From: Phycisphaerae bacterium
GTDB lineage: Bacteria; Planctomycetota; Phycisphaerae; Phycisphaerales; SM1A02
Direction: 5' to 3'
DNA length: 64,000 bases
Assembly (NCBI GenBank): GCA_002862305.1
Contig: PKCS01000054.1
Coordinates: 7,848 to 71,847, forward strand
Under the pieces are notes generated by a model. The model was given only the letters and a program-made list of their open reading frames with translations, was not told the origin of the DNA and did no database searches. Both the position numbers and the translations under genes were made by a program. How positions within the stretch are numbered: position 1 is the stretch's first letter; the number at the start of each line of letters is the position of its first letter. This document shows, piece by piece, positions 10,814 to 19,972 of this stretch.

Positions 10814-11380
10814 ATGAACTGGCTGGACCTGCTTCTGGCGGTGTGCTTCATCGTGCTGGGGTCCGGGTGCACGGCCATCGTGCTGATCGGACTCCCGGGG
10901 ACCTGGGTCATGATCGCGCTGGCATTCGGCATCACCCTCCTGCAGAGGGTGTGGGCCCCCGCGGACAGCGAATGGCTGGTGGCATGGTGGGTCTTCGTGG
11001 TGGCGATCGGCATCGGGATCCTCGGCGAGGTGCTCGAGTTCATGGCGGGCGCCCTCGGGGCCAGGAAGGGCGGGGCCTCGAAGCAGGGCATGTTCGGCGC
11101 CCTCCTCGGGGGGTTCGGCGGGACGATCCTGGGTACGTTCCTGATACCGGTCCCGATCGTGGGTTCCCTGATCGGGGCGATCGTGGGGTGCGGGGTGGGC
11201 GCGGTGATCGGCGAGCTGAGGGCGGCACCCGACGTCCGGATCCAGGACACCATCAAGCCCGCGACGGGTGCGGTGGTCGGCAGGGTCCTCGGCGCCGTGG
11301 CCAAGTTGCCCTGTGCGTTCGTGGTCTGGGTGATGCTCTCGGTTGCCCTGGTGTTGGAACCGGCCCGGAAGCTCTTCTGA
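10814..11380 (+). CDS. DUF456-family integral membrane protein
   Basis: IVLIGLPGTWVMIALAFG near the N-terminus and a Gly-rich TM segment GARKGGASKQGMFGALLGGFGGTILGTFLIPVPIVGSLIGAIVGCGVGAVIGEL, both typical of DUF456. Confidence 0.72.
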   Translation: MNWLDLLLAVCFIVLGSGCTAIVLIGLPGTWVMIALAFGITLLQRVWAPADSEWLVAWWVFVVAIGIGILGEVLEFMAGALGARKGGASKQGMFGALLGGFGGTILGTFLIPVPIVGSLIGAIVGCGVGAVIGELRAAPDVRIQDTIKPATGAVVGRVLGAVAKLPCAFVVWVMLSVALVLEPARKLF

Positions 11381-11389
11381 ACCCGGGAC

Positions 11390-13318
11390 TCAGATGGTCG
11401 AATCCGTGACCCTGAGGACCTCCTCGACCGAGGTCATCCCGAGCTCGATCTTCGCGAACCCGTCGTCGCGGAGCGAGGACATGCCGCGCTCGATGCAGAG
11501 GCGCCTGAATTCCGTGACGTTGGGACTGGAGGCGATCCGGTCCCTGAGGAAGTCATCCAGCACCAGCAGCTCGTAGATCCCGCAGCGACCGGAGTAGCCG
11601 GTCTCGCGACATCTCGGGCAGCCGCCCCCCCGCCGGACGGTGTCGGGGTGGACGCCGTGCACCCGGAGGAAACCCGCGAGCTCCTCGGGAACCGACTCCG
11701 GTCTGGAGCATTCGGGACAGGTGCGCCGGACCAGTCGCTGGGCCAGCACCGAGTTGAGCGCCGCGCCGACCAGGAAGGGTTCGATCCCGATGTTGATCAG
11801 GCGGGTCACCGAACTCGGCGCGTCGTTGGTGTGCAGGGTGCTCAGCACGAGGTGCCCGGTCAGCGCGGCCTGGACCGCGGTGTTCGCGGTGTCCAGGTCG
11901 CGGACCTCGCCGAGCAGGATCACGTCCGGATCCTGGCGAAGCAGCGACTTCAACGCGGTCGCGAAGCCGAGCCCGATCACGTCGTGGGTCTGGATCTGGG
12001 TGATCCCCTCCAGGTGGTACTCGATCGGGTCCTCGACGGTGGAGATGTTGAGCCTCCGGACGTCCATCCGCCGGATCGAGGCGTAGAGGGTGGTGGTCTT
12101 GCCGGACCCGGTCGGGCCGGTGACGAGGATGATCCCATGGGGCTGCGAGATCTGCTTCTGCCAGGTGGTCAGCGCATCCTCCGTGAATCCGAGCTCGTCC
12201 AGAGTGACTTCGATCGACCTGGTGTCGAGGATCCGCATCACGGTCTTCTCGCCGGACGGGGTGGGAATGGTGGAGACGCGGAGGTCCATCCGCCGACCCG
12301 CGACGGTGACGCTGATCCTGCCGTCCTGGGGCAGGCGGCGTTCGGCGATGTCGAGGTTCGACATGATCTTGATGCGGGAGGTCAGGGCGCCGTGCATCTT
12401 CCGGGGGGGGCTCATCGCCTCCACGAGGATCCCGTCGATCCGGAATCTGATCCTGAGGGTCGACTCGCCGGGTTCGATGTGGATGTCCGAGGCACCGTCC
12501 CGGACCGCGGTCTGGATGACGTGGTTCACGTAGCGCACCACCGGCGAGGAATCGGCCTCCGCCTCGAGGTCGGCTCCGGGCTCGTCCCCCCCACGAACCT
12601 CGACCTCGTCGTCCTCCTCGACGTCGGCGAGCAGGTCGGAGAGGTCGATGGAGGCGTCCGGGTGTCCCCCGAGGGCGTCCACCGCCCGCCGTATGTCGGA
12701 AGGGACCAGGACCACCTGCTTGAGCACCGCCACCCCGAGACGACGCTTGATGTCCTCCATGAGGAACAGGTCGTCGGGATCGGTGGTGCCCACCACGATC
12801 CTCGACCCTTCGGTGCGAAGTGGAAGCACGTGGTGGTCCCGGCAGAAGTCGGCCCCCAGTCGCGCGATCAACCCGGCATCCCGCCCCTCCGCCCGGGAGT
12901 GCTCGAGACGCTCGAAGGCGAGCCCCGCCAGCCGGGCGGCCACCTGCTGCACCCCCGCCTCGTCGGCACCCGCCTCGATGAGCAGGCGCCGGATCGGGCG
13001 TCCCGGTGACTGGTCCGCCATGCGCCGGGCGGCCGCCACCTGCTCGGGGGTGGCGGATCCCGCCTCGAGCACGGCCGAGGGCAGGTCCACCACGTCCCGC
13101 GCCCCATCCGGAGGAGTCCAGAGTTCGCTGAGGGCGTCGTCGGGCCGGACCACCGCCGGGGCGGGCACCACGCCGGAATGGACGTCCGGACCGAGCCCGC
13201 TCCCGGACAGGTCGGGACGACCCGTGGGTTGCCTCGGGGGAGCGGGCGGTTCCGGGTCCTGGTCGACCGACTTCCCGATACCGAGGTCCTGCATCAGTTC
13301 ATCGAACCGGTTGCTCAT
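11390..13318 (-). CDS. pilB: Type IV pilus assembly / type II secretion ATPase (GspE/PilB family)
   Basis: Walker A GPTGSGKTTT, Asp box VEDPIEY, Walker B VILLGEVRD, His box GHLVLSTLHTNDA, tetra-Cys CPECS...CPRC. There is an N-terminal GSPII_E_N-like region. The pilB call relies on the pilMNO context upstream. Confidence 0.9.
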   Translation of the reverse strand: MSNRFDELMQDLGIGKSVDQDPEPPAPPRQPTGRPDLSGSGLGPDVHSGVVPAPAVVRPDDALSELWTPPDGARDVVDLPSAVLEAGSATPEQVAAARRMADQSPGRPIRRLLIEAGADEAGVQQVAARLAGLAFERLEHSRAEGRDAGLIARLGADFCRDHHVLPLRTEGSRIVVGTTDPDDLFLMEDIKRRLGVAVLKQVVLVPSDIRRAVDALGGHPDASIDLSDLLADVEEDDEVEVRGGDEPGADLEAEADSSPVVRYVNHVIQTAVRDGASDIHIEPGESTLRIRFRIDGILVEAMSPPRKMHGALTSRIKIMSNLDIAERRLPQDGRISVTVAGRRMDLRVSTIPTPSGEKTVMRILDTRSIEVTLDELGFTEDALTTWQKQISQPHGIILVTGPTGSGKTTTLYASIRRMDVRRLNISTVEDPIEYHLEGITQIQTHDVIGLGFATALKSLLRQDPDVILLGEVRDLDTANTAVQAALTGHLVLSTLHTNDAPSSVTRLINIGIEPFLVGAALNSVLAQRLVRRTCPECSRPESVPEELAGFLRVHGVHPDTVRRGGGCPRCRETGYSGRCGIYELLVLDDFLRDRIASSPNVTEFRRLCIERGMSSLRDDGFAKIELGMTSVEEVLRVTDSTI

Positions 13319-13343
13319 CGCCCGATCTCCCGGAGTGCTGCGT

Positions 13344-14021
13344 TCATTCGCCCGACCCCATCACCAGCGTGGCCTCGTGCCAGCAGTCGAGCTCGGCGTT
13401 GTAGCAGCCGAGGACCACCGAGCGTCGCGCGGTGGAGACGACCGAGAACTCGAGGTCCGTCCTTGCGATGTCGAAGGTGTCCCCGACCGCGAGCAGCACC
13501 CCCTCGATGTTGACCAGGGCACGAGTGGTCCCCCCCCCGAGGACGGACTTCAGCCGGAGGAGTGCCGCGGTGTCCTCGACCTCGCCCTGCCAGTCCGCAC
13601 AGAGCGTCTCCCGGTCCGGCGGCGGGTCGGTGATGATCCTCTCCACCAGCGAGCCTTCCCGGCTCACCGCCGCGGGTCGCCAGGCGAGGAATGGATCCCG
13701 GTTCGCATGGAGGGCCAGGCCGCTCGAATCGGGGATCGCGAGTCGCCTCATGACGTCCACGTGGATCGGCTCCACCCGGAGCCGTTGCGGGAGGGAACCG
13801 GGCACGGGCATCGCGGCCGAACCGTCCCGGAGGGTCCTCATCGACCACAACCCCGCGACCGCCGTGACGAGGATGACGAACAGGACCACCCCGTTGCGGT
13901 CGACCCTCCGCATGGAAGTCGGACCGGAATCGGTGGTGAATGCATCACCACTCGAGAAGTCCATCGGGGTGGCCCGCTCGTCACCCTCCTCGAGGTGGGC
14001 ATCGTCCTGCTCGGGGATCAT
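13344..14021 (-). CDS. Membrane-anchored pilus assembly protein, PilP/GspC-like (tentative)
   Basis: Single TM (VVLFVILVTAVAGLWSM). The C-terminal beta-rich segment LRLKSVLGGGTTRALVNIEGVLLAVGDTFD...FSVVSTARRSVVL resembles PilP/GspC HR domains. An ATGA overlap joins it to the upstream PilO-like gene. Confidence 0.45.
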   Translation of the reverse strand: MIPEQDDAHLEEGDERATPMDFSSGDAFTTDSGPTSMRRVDRNGVVLFVILVTAVAGLWSMRTLRDGSAAMPVPGSLPQRLRVEPIHVDVMRRLAIPDSSGLALHANRDPFLAWRPAAVSREGSLVERIITDPPPDRETLCADWQGEVEDTAALLRLKSVLGGGTTRALVNIEGVLLAVGDTFDIARTDLEFSVVSTARRSVVLGCYNAELDCWHEATLVMGSGE

Positions 14022-14608
14022 CGATCGGCCTCCTTGTCTGGATCCGTGTAGATGGTGATGACCATCTCGGCCCGGATCAGGTCCTCCCCCGGGTCGGACC
14101 CGGGACGTGCGGAGCTCCGGGGCCGCTCGATGCGCAGGTCGAGGATGCGGGTGATCCTCGGCATCCGTTCGAGGTCGAAGAGGAACCGGTGGATGCCGGC
14201 GAAGGATCCCTCGATGACCGTCTCCAGGGGGAGTTCGGTGTAGTGGGAGGCGGATACGGTCTTCTCCCGCTTGAAGGACCTGATCACCAGCCGGTTCTGT
14301 TGTGCGATCTCCGCGATGCGCCTCAGGACGTCCTCGACCCCCGCCGCATCGGGGATCCGGGCCCGCAACTGACGGAGTGCGGACTGGAGGGTGGCCAGGG
14401 TGGTCTCCAGGTCGGCATTGATGGCCTCGACCTCCCTCAGCTCCTCGAGCTGGGCACGCTTGAGGTCGACGTCGATGCGGGCCGCGGAGATCGCCTGGTT
14501 CCGGGGGTGGAAGACGAAGGCCCAGGCGCCGATGGGCACCCCCACGAGGATCACGAAGAAGAGGACCTGCCGGGTTCGATTGCTCACGTCAACGGGCTCC
14601 TTCGGCAC
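14018..14608 (-). CDS. pilO: PilO-like type IV pilus assembly protein
   Basis: A TM segment (VLFFVILVGVPIGAWAFVF) is followed by a coiled coil (RIDVDLKRAQLEELREVEAINADLETTLATLQSALRQLRARIPD) and a C-terminal alpha/beta domain. The ORF extends to 14686, but that would overlap pilN by ~100 nt. In-frame GTG starts at 14608 or 14587 fit better; the start is uncertain. Confidence 0.6.
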   Translation of the reverse strand: MPKEPVDVSNRTRQVLFFVILVGVPIGAWAFVFHPRNQAISAARIDVDLKRAQLEELREVEAINADLETTLATLQSALRQLRARIPDAAGVEDVLRRIAEIAQQNRLVIRSFKREKTVSASHYTELPLETVIEGSFAGIHRFLFDLERMPRITRILDLRIERPRSSARPGSDPGEDLIRAEMVITIYTDPDKEADR

Positions 14609-15350
14609 GAAGCGAGGAGTCGGGACCGGGGATCGCCCCCTGCTCCGGGAGGCGATCCTCGAACAGCTCGTCGACGATCGCATCACGGTCGAGTTCCATG
14701 GTGATGGTGAACTCCCTCATCTGCAGTTCATCCATGACCACGACCTGGGTGGAGTCCGGCATCACGGAACCCAGCAGCGGGTAGCCGGCGAGGGCGGCCA
14801 CGTAGGTGGAGACGTCCACCTCGTCCGGGGCGAGTCCGGTCAGGGTGATGGTGGTGACGTAGGTCTTGGGAACCGGCGGGCCATCGACCGGCAAGCGGCC
14901 CCGGTCACGCACCGGGGCGGGTGCCGGACCTCGCGGCCGCAACCGGTCCGCCGATGGGTCGTCGCGCGGGACCGGGGGCCGGTATTCCTCGGATTCGAGG
15001 GTGAGCCGGGTCCAGCTCAGGCGCGGCGGCATTCGCTCGACGAGCCCGTCGATGAGGATCGAGCGAGGGACCCGCGAAACCAGCGCCGCGGCCAGTTCCG
15101 CACGCTGGACGAGGTCGTCCCGGGCGACCTTCAGCTCCTCCATGTGGGTGATCTTCTCGCTCACCTCGGCGAACTCCGCGGCGACGGCCCGCTGTCGCAC
15201 CCGTACGGACTCCCATTGCCGGTTGGTGACCAGGAACGCCGCGACGACCCCGCTCATCACCACGAGGAACAGCAGGACCCCGAGGCCGGTGCGTCGGATC
15301 TCCCGACGCTCGCTGACGTAGTCCTGGGGTATGAGGCTGGAATCGTTCAT
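14589..15350 (-). CDS. pilN: PilN-like type IV pilus assembly protein (with a Pro/Arg-rich insertion)
   Basis: Preferred start is ATG 15350 (MNDSSLIPQDYVSERREIRRTGLGVLLFLVVMSGVVAAFLV). The layout is TM then coiled coil then a C-terminal domain, positioned directly after pilM. Confidence 0.6.
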   Translation of the reverse strand: MNDSSLIPQDYVSERREIRRTGLGVLLFLVVMSGVVAAFLVTNRQWESVRVRQRAVAAEFAEVSEKITHMEELKVARDDLVQRAELAAALVSRVPRSILIDGLVERMPPRLSWTRLTLESEEYRPPVPRDDPSADRLRPRGPAPAPVRDRGRLPVDGPPVPKTYVTTITLTGLAPDEVDVSTYVAALAGYPLLGSVMPDSTQVVVMDELQMREFTITMELDRDAIVDELFEDRLPEQGAIPGPDSSLRAEGAR

Positions 15351-15375
15351 GCTCGGTGTCCATGGTCGGGAGAGA

Positions 15376-16620
15376 TCAGAGGTCGACGGGGGCGGTGCAC
15401 AAGCCGCAGGCGGACCCCCAGGAGGGTGAAGCGCGTCCGGGTTCGGGGAGCATCGGGTCGTGGGGTCCGGCCGCGAACCTCGCGAGCGGATCGCCCAGCT
15501 GGGCGGGCACGTGAAGCGACCTGGCGAGCCCGCGGCAGAGGCCGGTGTTCCGGGATTCCCCACCCAGGAAGATCAGCCGATCGATTCCCCGACCCGGGAA
15601 GAGCCTCGCGTGGTGGCGGACGCACATCGCAAGCTCGTCCGACATGCTCTCGAGCAGCTCCGAACAGTCCTCGGACGCCACCAGCAACGCGCCGTCCGGG
15701 GAGCCGGGGTCCGGGATGATGCCGGGACCGCGTCGTTCGCCCGTGGTGGATGTGGCGGGACCCGGTCCGACCGCGGTCGATCCCCCGTCCTTGGCCAGGC
15801 CCGCCCGGAGCATGGCCAGGCCGCCGGGATGCGGGACCGGTTCGCGGGCCGTGGAGGGGCGAATCCCGTCCCCGTTGACGCATTCGTCGATCCGGCGGAT
15901 GCGGGCGGTGAACGTGTCGGTGCCGGAACGTTCGGCGATCAGCTCGTCCAGCTGCCTGCCACCGATCTGGACCTGCTTCGCGAAGACCAGCTCGTCGCCA
16001 TGGGTGATGGCGACCTTCATCCCCCCCCACCCCAGGTCGACGTACATGGAACAGGCCGAGGCATCCCCGAGGCGCCGGTTGAGGTGCGGGAAGGCTCCCG
16101 CGATCGAGAGCACCTGCGGATGGAGCCCGACGAGTCGGTACCTGAAGGACCGGAAGAGCTCGACGTAGCGCATCGAATCCTCCCTGGTCATCGCCCAGCA
16201 CAAGAGCTCCGAAACCGCGCGTCCCTCTCGGGTGGAACTGGCGATGGGCTGGGATCGAAAGACCAGTGAACCGGGCATGCGCTCGAGCTGCGCCTCGAGC
16301 TCCGCACCGGCGAGGGCATGCTGGCCGAGCGGATCCGTACGCTCCACCTGGACCGGCCGGACCAGCACCTGGGTGGCGAGCGGGGCGCAGACCACGCGTC
16401 GTCCCCGGAAGCCGTGGGCCCTGAAGAGGCCGGGAAGCTCGGTCTTGAGGAAGCGCGCCCGCTTCTCGACGTCGATGCGTACGGGGTCGGGGACCTCCAG
16501 CTCGGCCGTGGCGTGCAGGCTCGGTACCTCCCCGAGCACCACCTGCAGGACCTTGATGGAAGCGGTCCCGACGTCCACCGCGATCGGCGAGAGCTGCGAT
16601 GGCAGCATTGAAAGACCCAT
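15376..16620 (-). CDS. pilM: PilM, actin-like ATPase of the type IV pilus assembly platform
   Basis: N-terminus IAVDVGTASIKVLQVV (phosphate-1-like), later YVDLGWGGMKVAI and RLIFLGGESRNTGL; the size and architecture are typical of PilM. Confidence 0.85.
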   Translation of the reverse strand: MGLSMLPSQLSPIAVDVGTASIKVLQVVLGEVPSLHATAELEVPDPVRIDVEKRARFLKTELPGLFRAHGFRGRRVVCAPLATQVLVRPVQVERTDPLGQHALAGAELEAQLERMPGSLVFRSQPIASSTREGRAVSELLCWAMTREDSMRYVELFRSFRYRLVGLHPQVLSIAGAFPHLNRRLGDASACSMYVDLGWGGMKVAITHGDELVFAKQVQIGGRQLDELIAERSGTDTFTARIRRIDECVNGDGIRPSTAREPVPHPGGLAMLRAGLAKDGGSTAVGPGPATSTTGERRGPGIIPDPGSPDGALLVASEDCSELLESMSDELAMCVRHHARLFPGRGIDRLIFLGGESRNTGLCRGLARSLHVPAQLGDPLARFAAGPHDPMLPEPGRASPSWGSACGLCTAPVDL

Positions 16621-16760
16621 GACGTGCTCCTGACGACCGACGGCGCTCGAAGGTACCGACGCTCAAGAATCGACCGGATCGAGGCCCGGGATTAGACGGA
16701 AGTACAGTCAACGCATCGGTTTAGGAGGCCTGTCGGGGCGGGGTTATCCGATAAGTCCCC

Positions 16761-17399
16761 TCAGGCGTCAAGCAGTCGCGCCTCGACGAGGGGCATGGCG
16801 GTGGCGAGCCCTTCGAAGGCGGCGGGCAGGTCCCAGACCTGCTGATCGCGATCCCCGGTGGTGTTGCTCACCACCCTGAGCTCGATGGCGGGGACGCCCT
16901 GAAGGAGGGCGGCGTGCAGGACCGCGGCTCCCTCCATCGCCTCCACGAGCGCGGAAGTACGACGGTGCACCTCGAGGGCGGCCTCGTCGGTCCCGGAACA
17001 GCTGGCCACGGTGGCGATGGGGCCGCAGGTCCCGAGGTTCCGAAGGGATTCCAGCAGCCCGGGGTCCGCGGGAACCCGGTTCCCCTCGAAGGGCCCGAGC
17101 GGAAACCCGAGCCCGGTCATGTCCAGGAAGCCGTCGGGGACGAGCAGCCCTTCCTCGTGGTACACGGATTCGGAACCGATGACCAGTGCGCCGGGGTCCA
17201 GCGGAGGATCGATGCCGGGCAGCGCCCCGGCGACCCCGACCGAGAGGACCGCATCGAAGGGGCCGTCCTCGACCAGCGCCAGGGTGGTGGCGGCGGAGGC
17301 GTTGGTGCGACCCACGCCGGCCGCGAGGATCCGGGCGTGGTGCATGCCGTCGCAGCAGGCGCTTTCGGCGTCCACGGCACAGACCACGAGCAGTCTCAC
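16761..17399 (-). CDS. mqnB: Futalosine hydrolase-like nucleosidase (PNP_UDP_1 family)
   Basis: MRLLVVCAVDAE...AAGVGRTNASAAT...SVGVAGAL...ATVASCSGTDEAA...EAMEGAAVLHAALLQGVPAIELRVVSNTTGDRDQQVWDL matches the futalosine nucleosidase pattern. The GTG start overlaps the hisS stop (GTGA). Confidence 0.65.
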   Translation of the reverse strand: MRLLVVCAVDAESACCDGMHHARILAAGVGRTNASAATTLALVEDGPFDAVLSVGVAGALPGIDPPLDPGALVIGSESVYHEEGLLVPDGFLDMTGLGFPLGPFEGNRVPADPGLLESLRNLGTCGPIATVASCSGTDEAALEVHRRTSALVEAMEGAAVLHAALLQGVPAIELRVVSNTTGDRDQQVWDLPAAFEGLATAMPLVEARLLDA

Positions 17400-18730
17400 G
17401 ACTCCAGCCCACCGGCGAGCGCGGCGGAGAGACCCTCGAGGGGAACCACGACCTGGCTGCCGGCCTCCAGGTCCTTCACCAGGACCTCGCCCCCCGCCAG
17501 TTCGTCGCCCAGCACCACGGCGTGCCGGGCGCCGGCACGGGAGGCCTCCGAGAGCAGCTTGCCGAGGTTGCGCGTGGACTTGTGGCTCCGTCGGGCGTGG
17601 AGACCCGACCGCCGGAGGTCCGTGAGCAGCCGGCCCGTGAAGACGTCGCCGGATTCACTGGTGGAGACCACGAACACGTCGGGAGGCTGGATGAGGTCCG
17701 CACCGGGCTGCTCGCCCAGCAGGCCGAGTTCCTCGAGGACCAGCGAGAGGACCACGTCCCCCATCCCGAAGCCGCAGGCAGGGGTCGGGGGACCGCCGAA
17801 CAACTCGACCAGTCGGTCGTAGCGTCCCCCACCGGCGATCGCACGTTCCGCGCGCCCCGCATCGAAGATCTCGAAGACCGCCCCCGTGTAGTAGGCGAGA
17901 CCGCGGACGATCCCGGTGTCCACCACGCACCAGTCGGCGAGTCCGGCGGAGCGCAGGCCCTCGGTGAGTTCCCCGAGCCCTTCGAGGGCGGAGACCGGGA
18001 CCCCGAGCAGTTGCGCAAGCTGTTCCGGAGGGTCGTCCAGCGGTCGGGTCAGACCCGCGGCCTTGTCGAAGCGCTCGATCGCGGAGTCGTCCAATCCCAG
18101 TCCCTGCACCGAGCCCCTGAAGTCCGACTCGTCCATCCGGTCGCGACGATCGAGCAGCTGGAAGGCCTCCGGGAGGTTCTGGTCCGGGACGCCGAGTGCC
18201 TTGAGCACCTCGGCGATCGATTCCCGATGGCTGAGCCTGACCTTGACCTGGTCGGGCCCGAGTCCCAGTCGCTCCAGGGCGAGCAGTGCGGTCGAGATCA
18301 CCTCCACGTCGGCGCTCGCGTCCTCCACGCCGAGGACGTCGACGTTCCACTGGACGTGCTCGCGCAGCCGGCCCCGCTGGGGACGCTCCGCCCTGAAGAG
18401 GCTCGGCATGGAGAACCACTTGGTGGGGACCGGAAGGGACTTGCCCCTGGCGGCCGCCATCCTCGCGAGGGTGGGGGTGAATTCCGGTCGCAGGGCGTAA
18501 TCGTCCTCGCCGCCGTCCCGCCTGAACGAGAACAGCTGCGACACGATCTCCCCCCCGCTCTTCACGGTGTAGAGCTCCAGATGCTCGAACATGGGACCGT
18601 CGATCTCGCAGAAGCCGGAGTCGATCGACGCGGAACGCCAGGCGGCCTCGACGTGCCGACGGATCGCCATCCGTTCTGGATAGAAGTCTCGGGTGCCCTT
18701 GGGGCCTTGGAACGAGGAGCTTGGTGGCAT
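17396..18730 (-). CDS. hisS: Histidine--tRNA ligase
   Basis: GTRDFYPERMAIRRHVE, class II motif 2 FRAERPQRGRLREHVQWNVDVLG, GGGRYDRLVELFGG, and a C-terminal anticodon-binding domain. Confidence 0.95.
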   Translation of the reverse strand: MPPSSSFQGPKGTRDFYPERMAIRRHVEAAWRSASIDSGFCEIDGPMFEHLELYTVKSGGEIVSQLFSFRRDGGEDDYALRPEFTPTLARMAAARGKSLPVPTKWFSMPSLFRAERPQRGRLREHVQWNVDVLGVEDASADVEVISTALLALERLGLGPDQVKVRLSHRESIAEVLKALGVPDQNLPEAFQLLDRRDRMDESDFRGSVQGLGLDDSAIERFDKAAGLTRPLDDPPEQLAQLLGVPVSALEGLGELTEGLRSAGLADWCVVDTGIVRGLAYYTGAVFEIFDAGRAERAIAGGGRYDRLVELFGGPPTPACGFGMGDVVLSLVLEELGLLGEQPGADLIQPPDVFVVSTSESGDVFTGRLLTDLRRSGLHARRSHKSTRNLGKLLSEASRAGARHAVVLGDELAGGEVLVKDLEAGSQVVVPLEGLSAALAGGLES

Positions 18731-18871
18731 GACTTGGTCCGGGGCGATTCTAGATCATCCCGGTGCAAGTCTCATCCGTGGGGCGGGCCCAAGTCCGCTC
18801 TTCCCGCCAGATCCCCCCGCGGATCCCGGGCGACGCGTGCACCGGGACCGGTCCACGCGAATCGGTTCCGG

Positions 18872-19471
18872 TCAGTCGCGACGCCTGCGGAACACCAGCC
18901 CGCCCAAGCCCGCCAGGGCCACCACGCCGGGGGCGGGGACCTGGGTGACGACCAGGTTGAGGCGCCACTCCTCGAGCGAGAGGCTGGTCTCCTGGGCCCA
19001 GACGGTGTAGGCACCGGCACCGAGCGGCCCTTCGAAGCCCAGCGCACCAGGTGCCTGTCCCATCGCCGGCAGAAGATCCGTCCCGACGTCCGCGAGTCCC
19101 ATCAGCGAATAGCCGAGGAGGGGCGCGGGGCTCAGTGAGGTCGGAGGGGAGGGAAACTGGCTGCCGCTGGCGATCCCGATGAATCCGAGGTTCTCGGCAG
19201 GCGTGGTGGTGTACGCCTCGAGGATGAAGTTGGACAGCTGGTACCCGGTCTCGATGGTGAAGGTGAAGTACTCCCGATCGGGATCACCCGGCAGGTCGAG
19301 ACTGGTGAAGAGGACGAGGTTGCTGCCCTCGGCGAGCGTGATCCCCGTCGGAGCGAGGTAGTCCTCGGACAGGTCCCCGTCGAGGGTCTCGTCCCAGACG
19401 ACGTCCGCGGAGGCGGCGTGGCCGAGGAGGGTGACTCCGACGAGGATGGTGAGGTAGGTACGGTACGACAT
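18872..19471 (-). CDS. Secreted protein with a PEP-CTERM-like C-terminal sorting signal
   Basis: Preferred start is ATG 19471 (MSYRTYLTILVGVTLLGHAASA signal peptide). The C-terminus VPAPGVVALAGLGGLVFRRRRD has the PEP-CTERM layout (P-x-P, hydrophobic helix, Arg cluster), with PAP in place of PEP. Confidence 0.65.
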   Translation of the reverse strand: MSYRTYLTILVGVTLLGHAASADVVWDETLDGDLSEDYLAPTGITLAEGSNLVLFTSLDLPGDPDREYFTFTIETGYQLSNFILEAYTTTPAENLGFIGIASGSQFPSPPTSLSPAPLLGYSLMGLADVGTDLLPAMGQAPGALGFEGPLGAGAYTVWAQETSLSLEEWRLNLVVTQVPAPGVVALAGLGGLVFRRRRD

Positions 19472-19748
19472 GACTTTGCTGCTCCTGATGTTCACGAGGC
19501 GAACCCAGCCATCGCGGTCCGGTAGGTGGTCCTGGACCTCCCGGACACGGGGGATCGGGACCATGGCTGCTGGTTGTTCGGGCCCTTCACCCAACGTCCT
19601 CCCTTGGACGAGTCGCCGATGGTAGACGCCTCGTGGACGCCTACGCCATCAAAATGCCACCAAATGCCCTGCCGGCCACCTTCCGGAGGTCAATTGGCGT
19701 GAAATCACCCCTGGGGACACCGTGGGGCCGGACGAGGTCCATGATCCG

Positions 19749-19786
19749 AAAAAAAACACGATGCCGCCCCGAGAGGCGGCATCGTG
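19749..19786 (-). terminator. Strong intrinsic terminator (minus strand)
   Basis: 12-bp perfect stem CACGATGCCGCC / GGCGGCATCGTG with a 6-nt loop. On the minus strand it is followed by eight T residues. There is no T-run on the plus strand, so it is unidirectional. Confidence 0.85.
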
Positions 19787-19958
19787 CGAATTCATAACTT
19801 CCTCTTCGTGGAGCGGAGCTCCGGATCAGAAGCTGGATGACCGCAAATGGCTGGGTTCATCCATCCACTGGTCGTGTCGTTTGGCCCCGCAAGATGGGAG
19901 TCATCGGGACCGAAACGACGTAGACCGGTGAAAACGGTTCGGATTGCTTGACCACACC

Positions 19959-19972
19959 TGTGTGTGTGTGTG
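19959..19972. repeat. (TG)7 dinucleotide microsatellite, followed 18 nt later by (ACAA)3 at 19991..20002
   Basis: Read directly: ...accacaccTGTGTGTGTGTGTGttgggag...gtagACAAACAAACAAgg. Confidence 0.95.

Noticed and set aside
15347-16711. 454-aa minus-strand ORF in an alternative frame over pilM
   Set aside because: An Arg/Pro/Gly-rich out-of-frame reading of the pilM region. The pilM frame has actin-like ATPase motifs.
17186-19138. 650-aa plus-strand ORF
   Set aside because: Antisense to hisS. It is Arg/Gly/Pro/Glu-rich low-complexity sequence and spans the intergenic region into the PEP-CTERM gene, so it is a shadow ORF.
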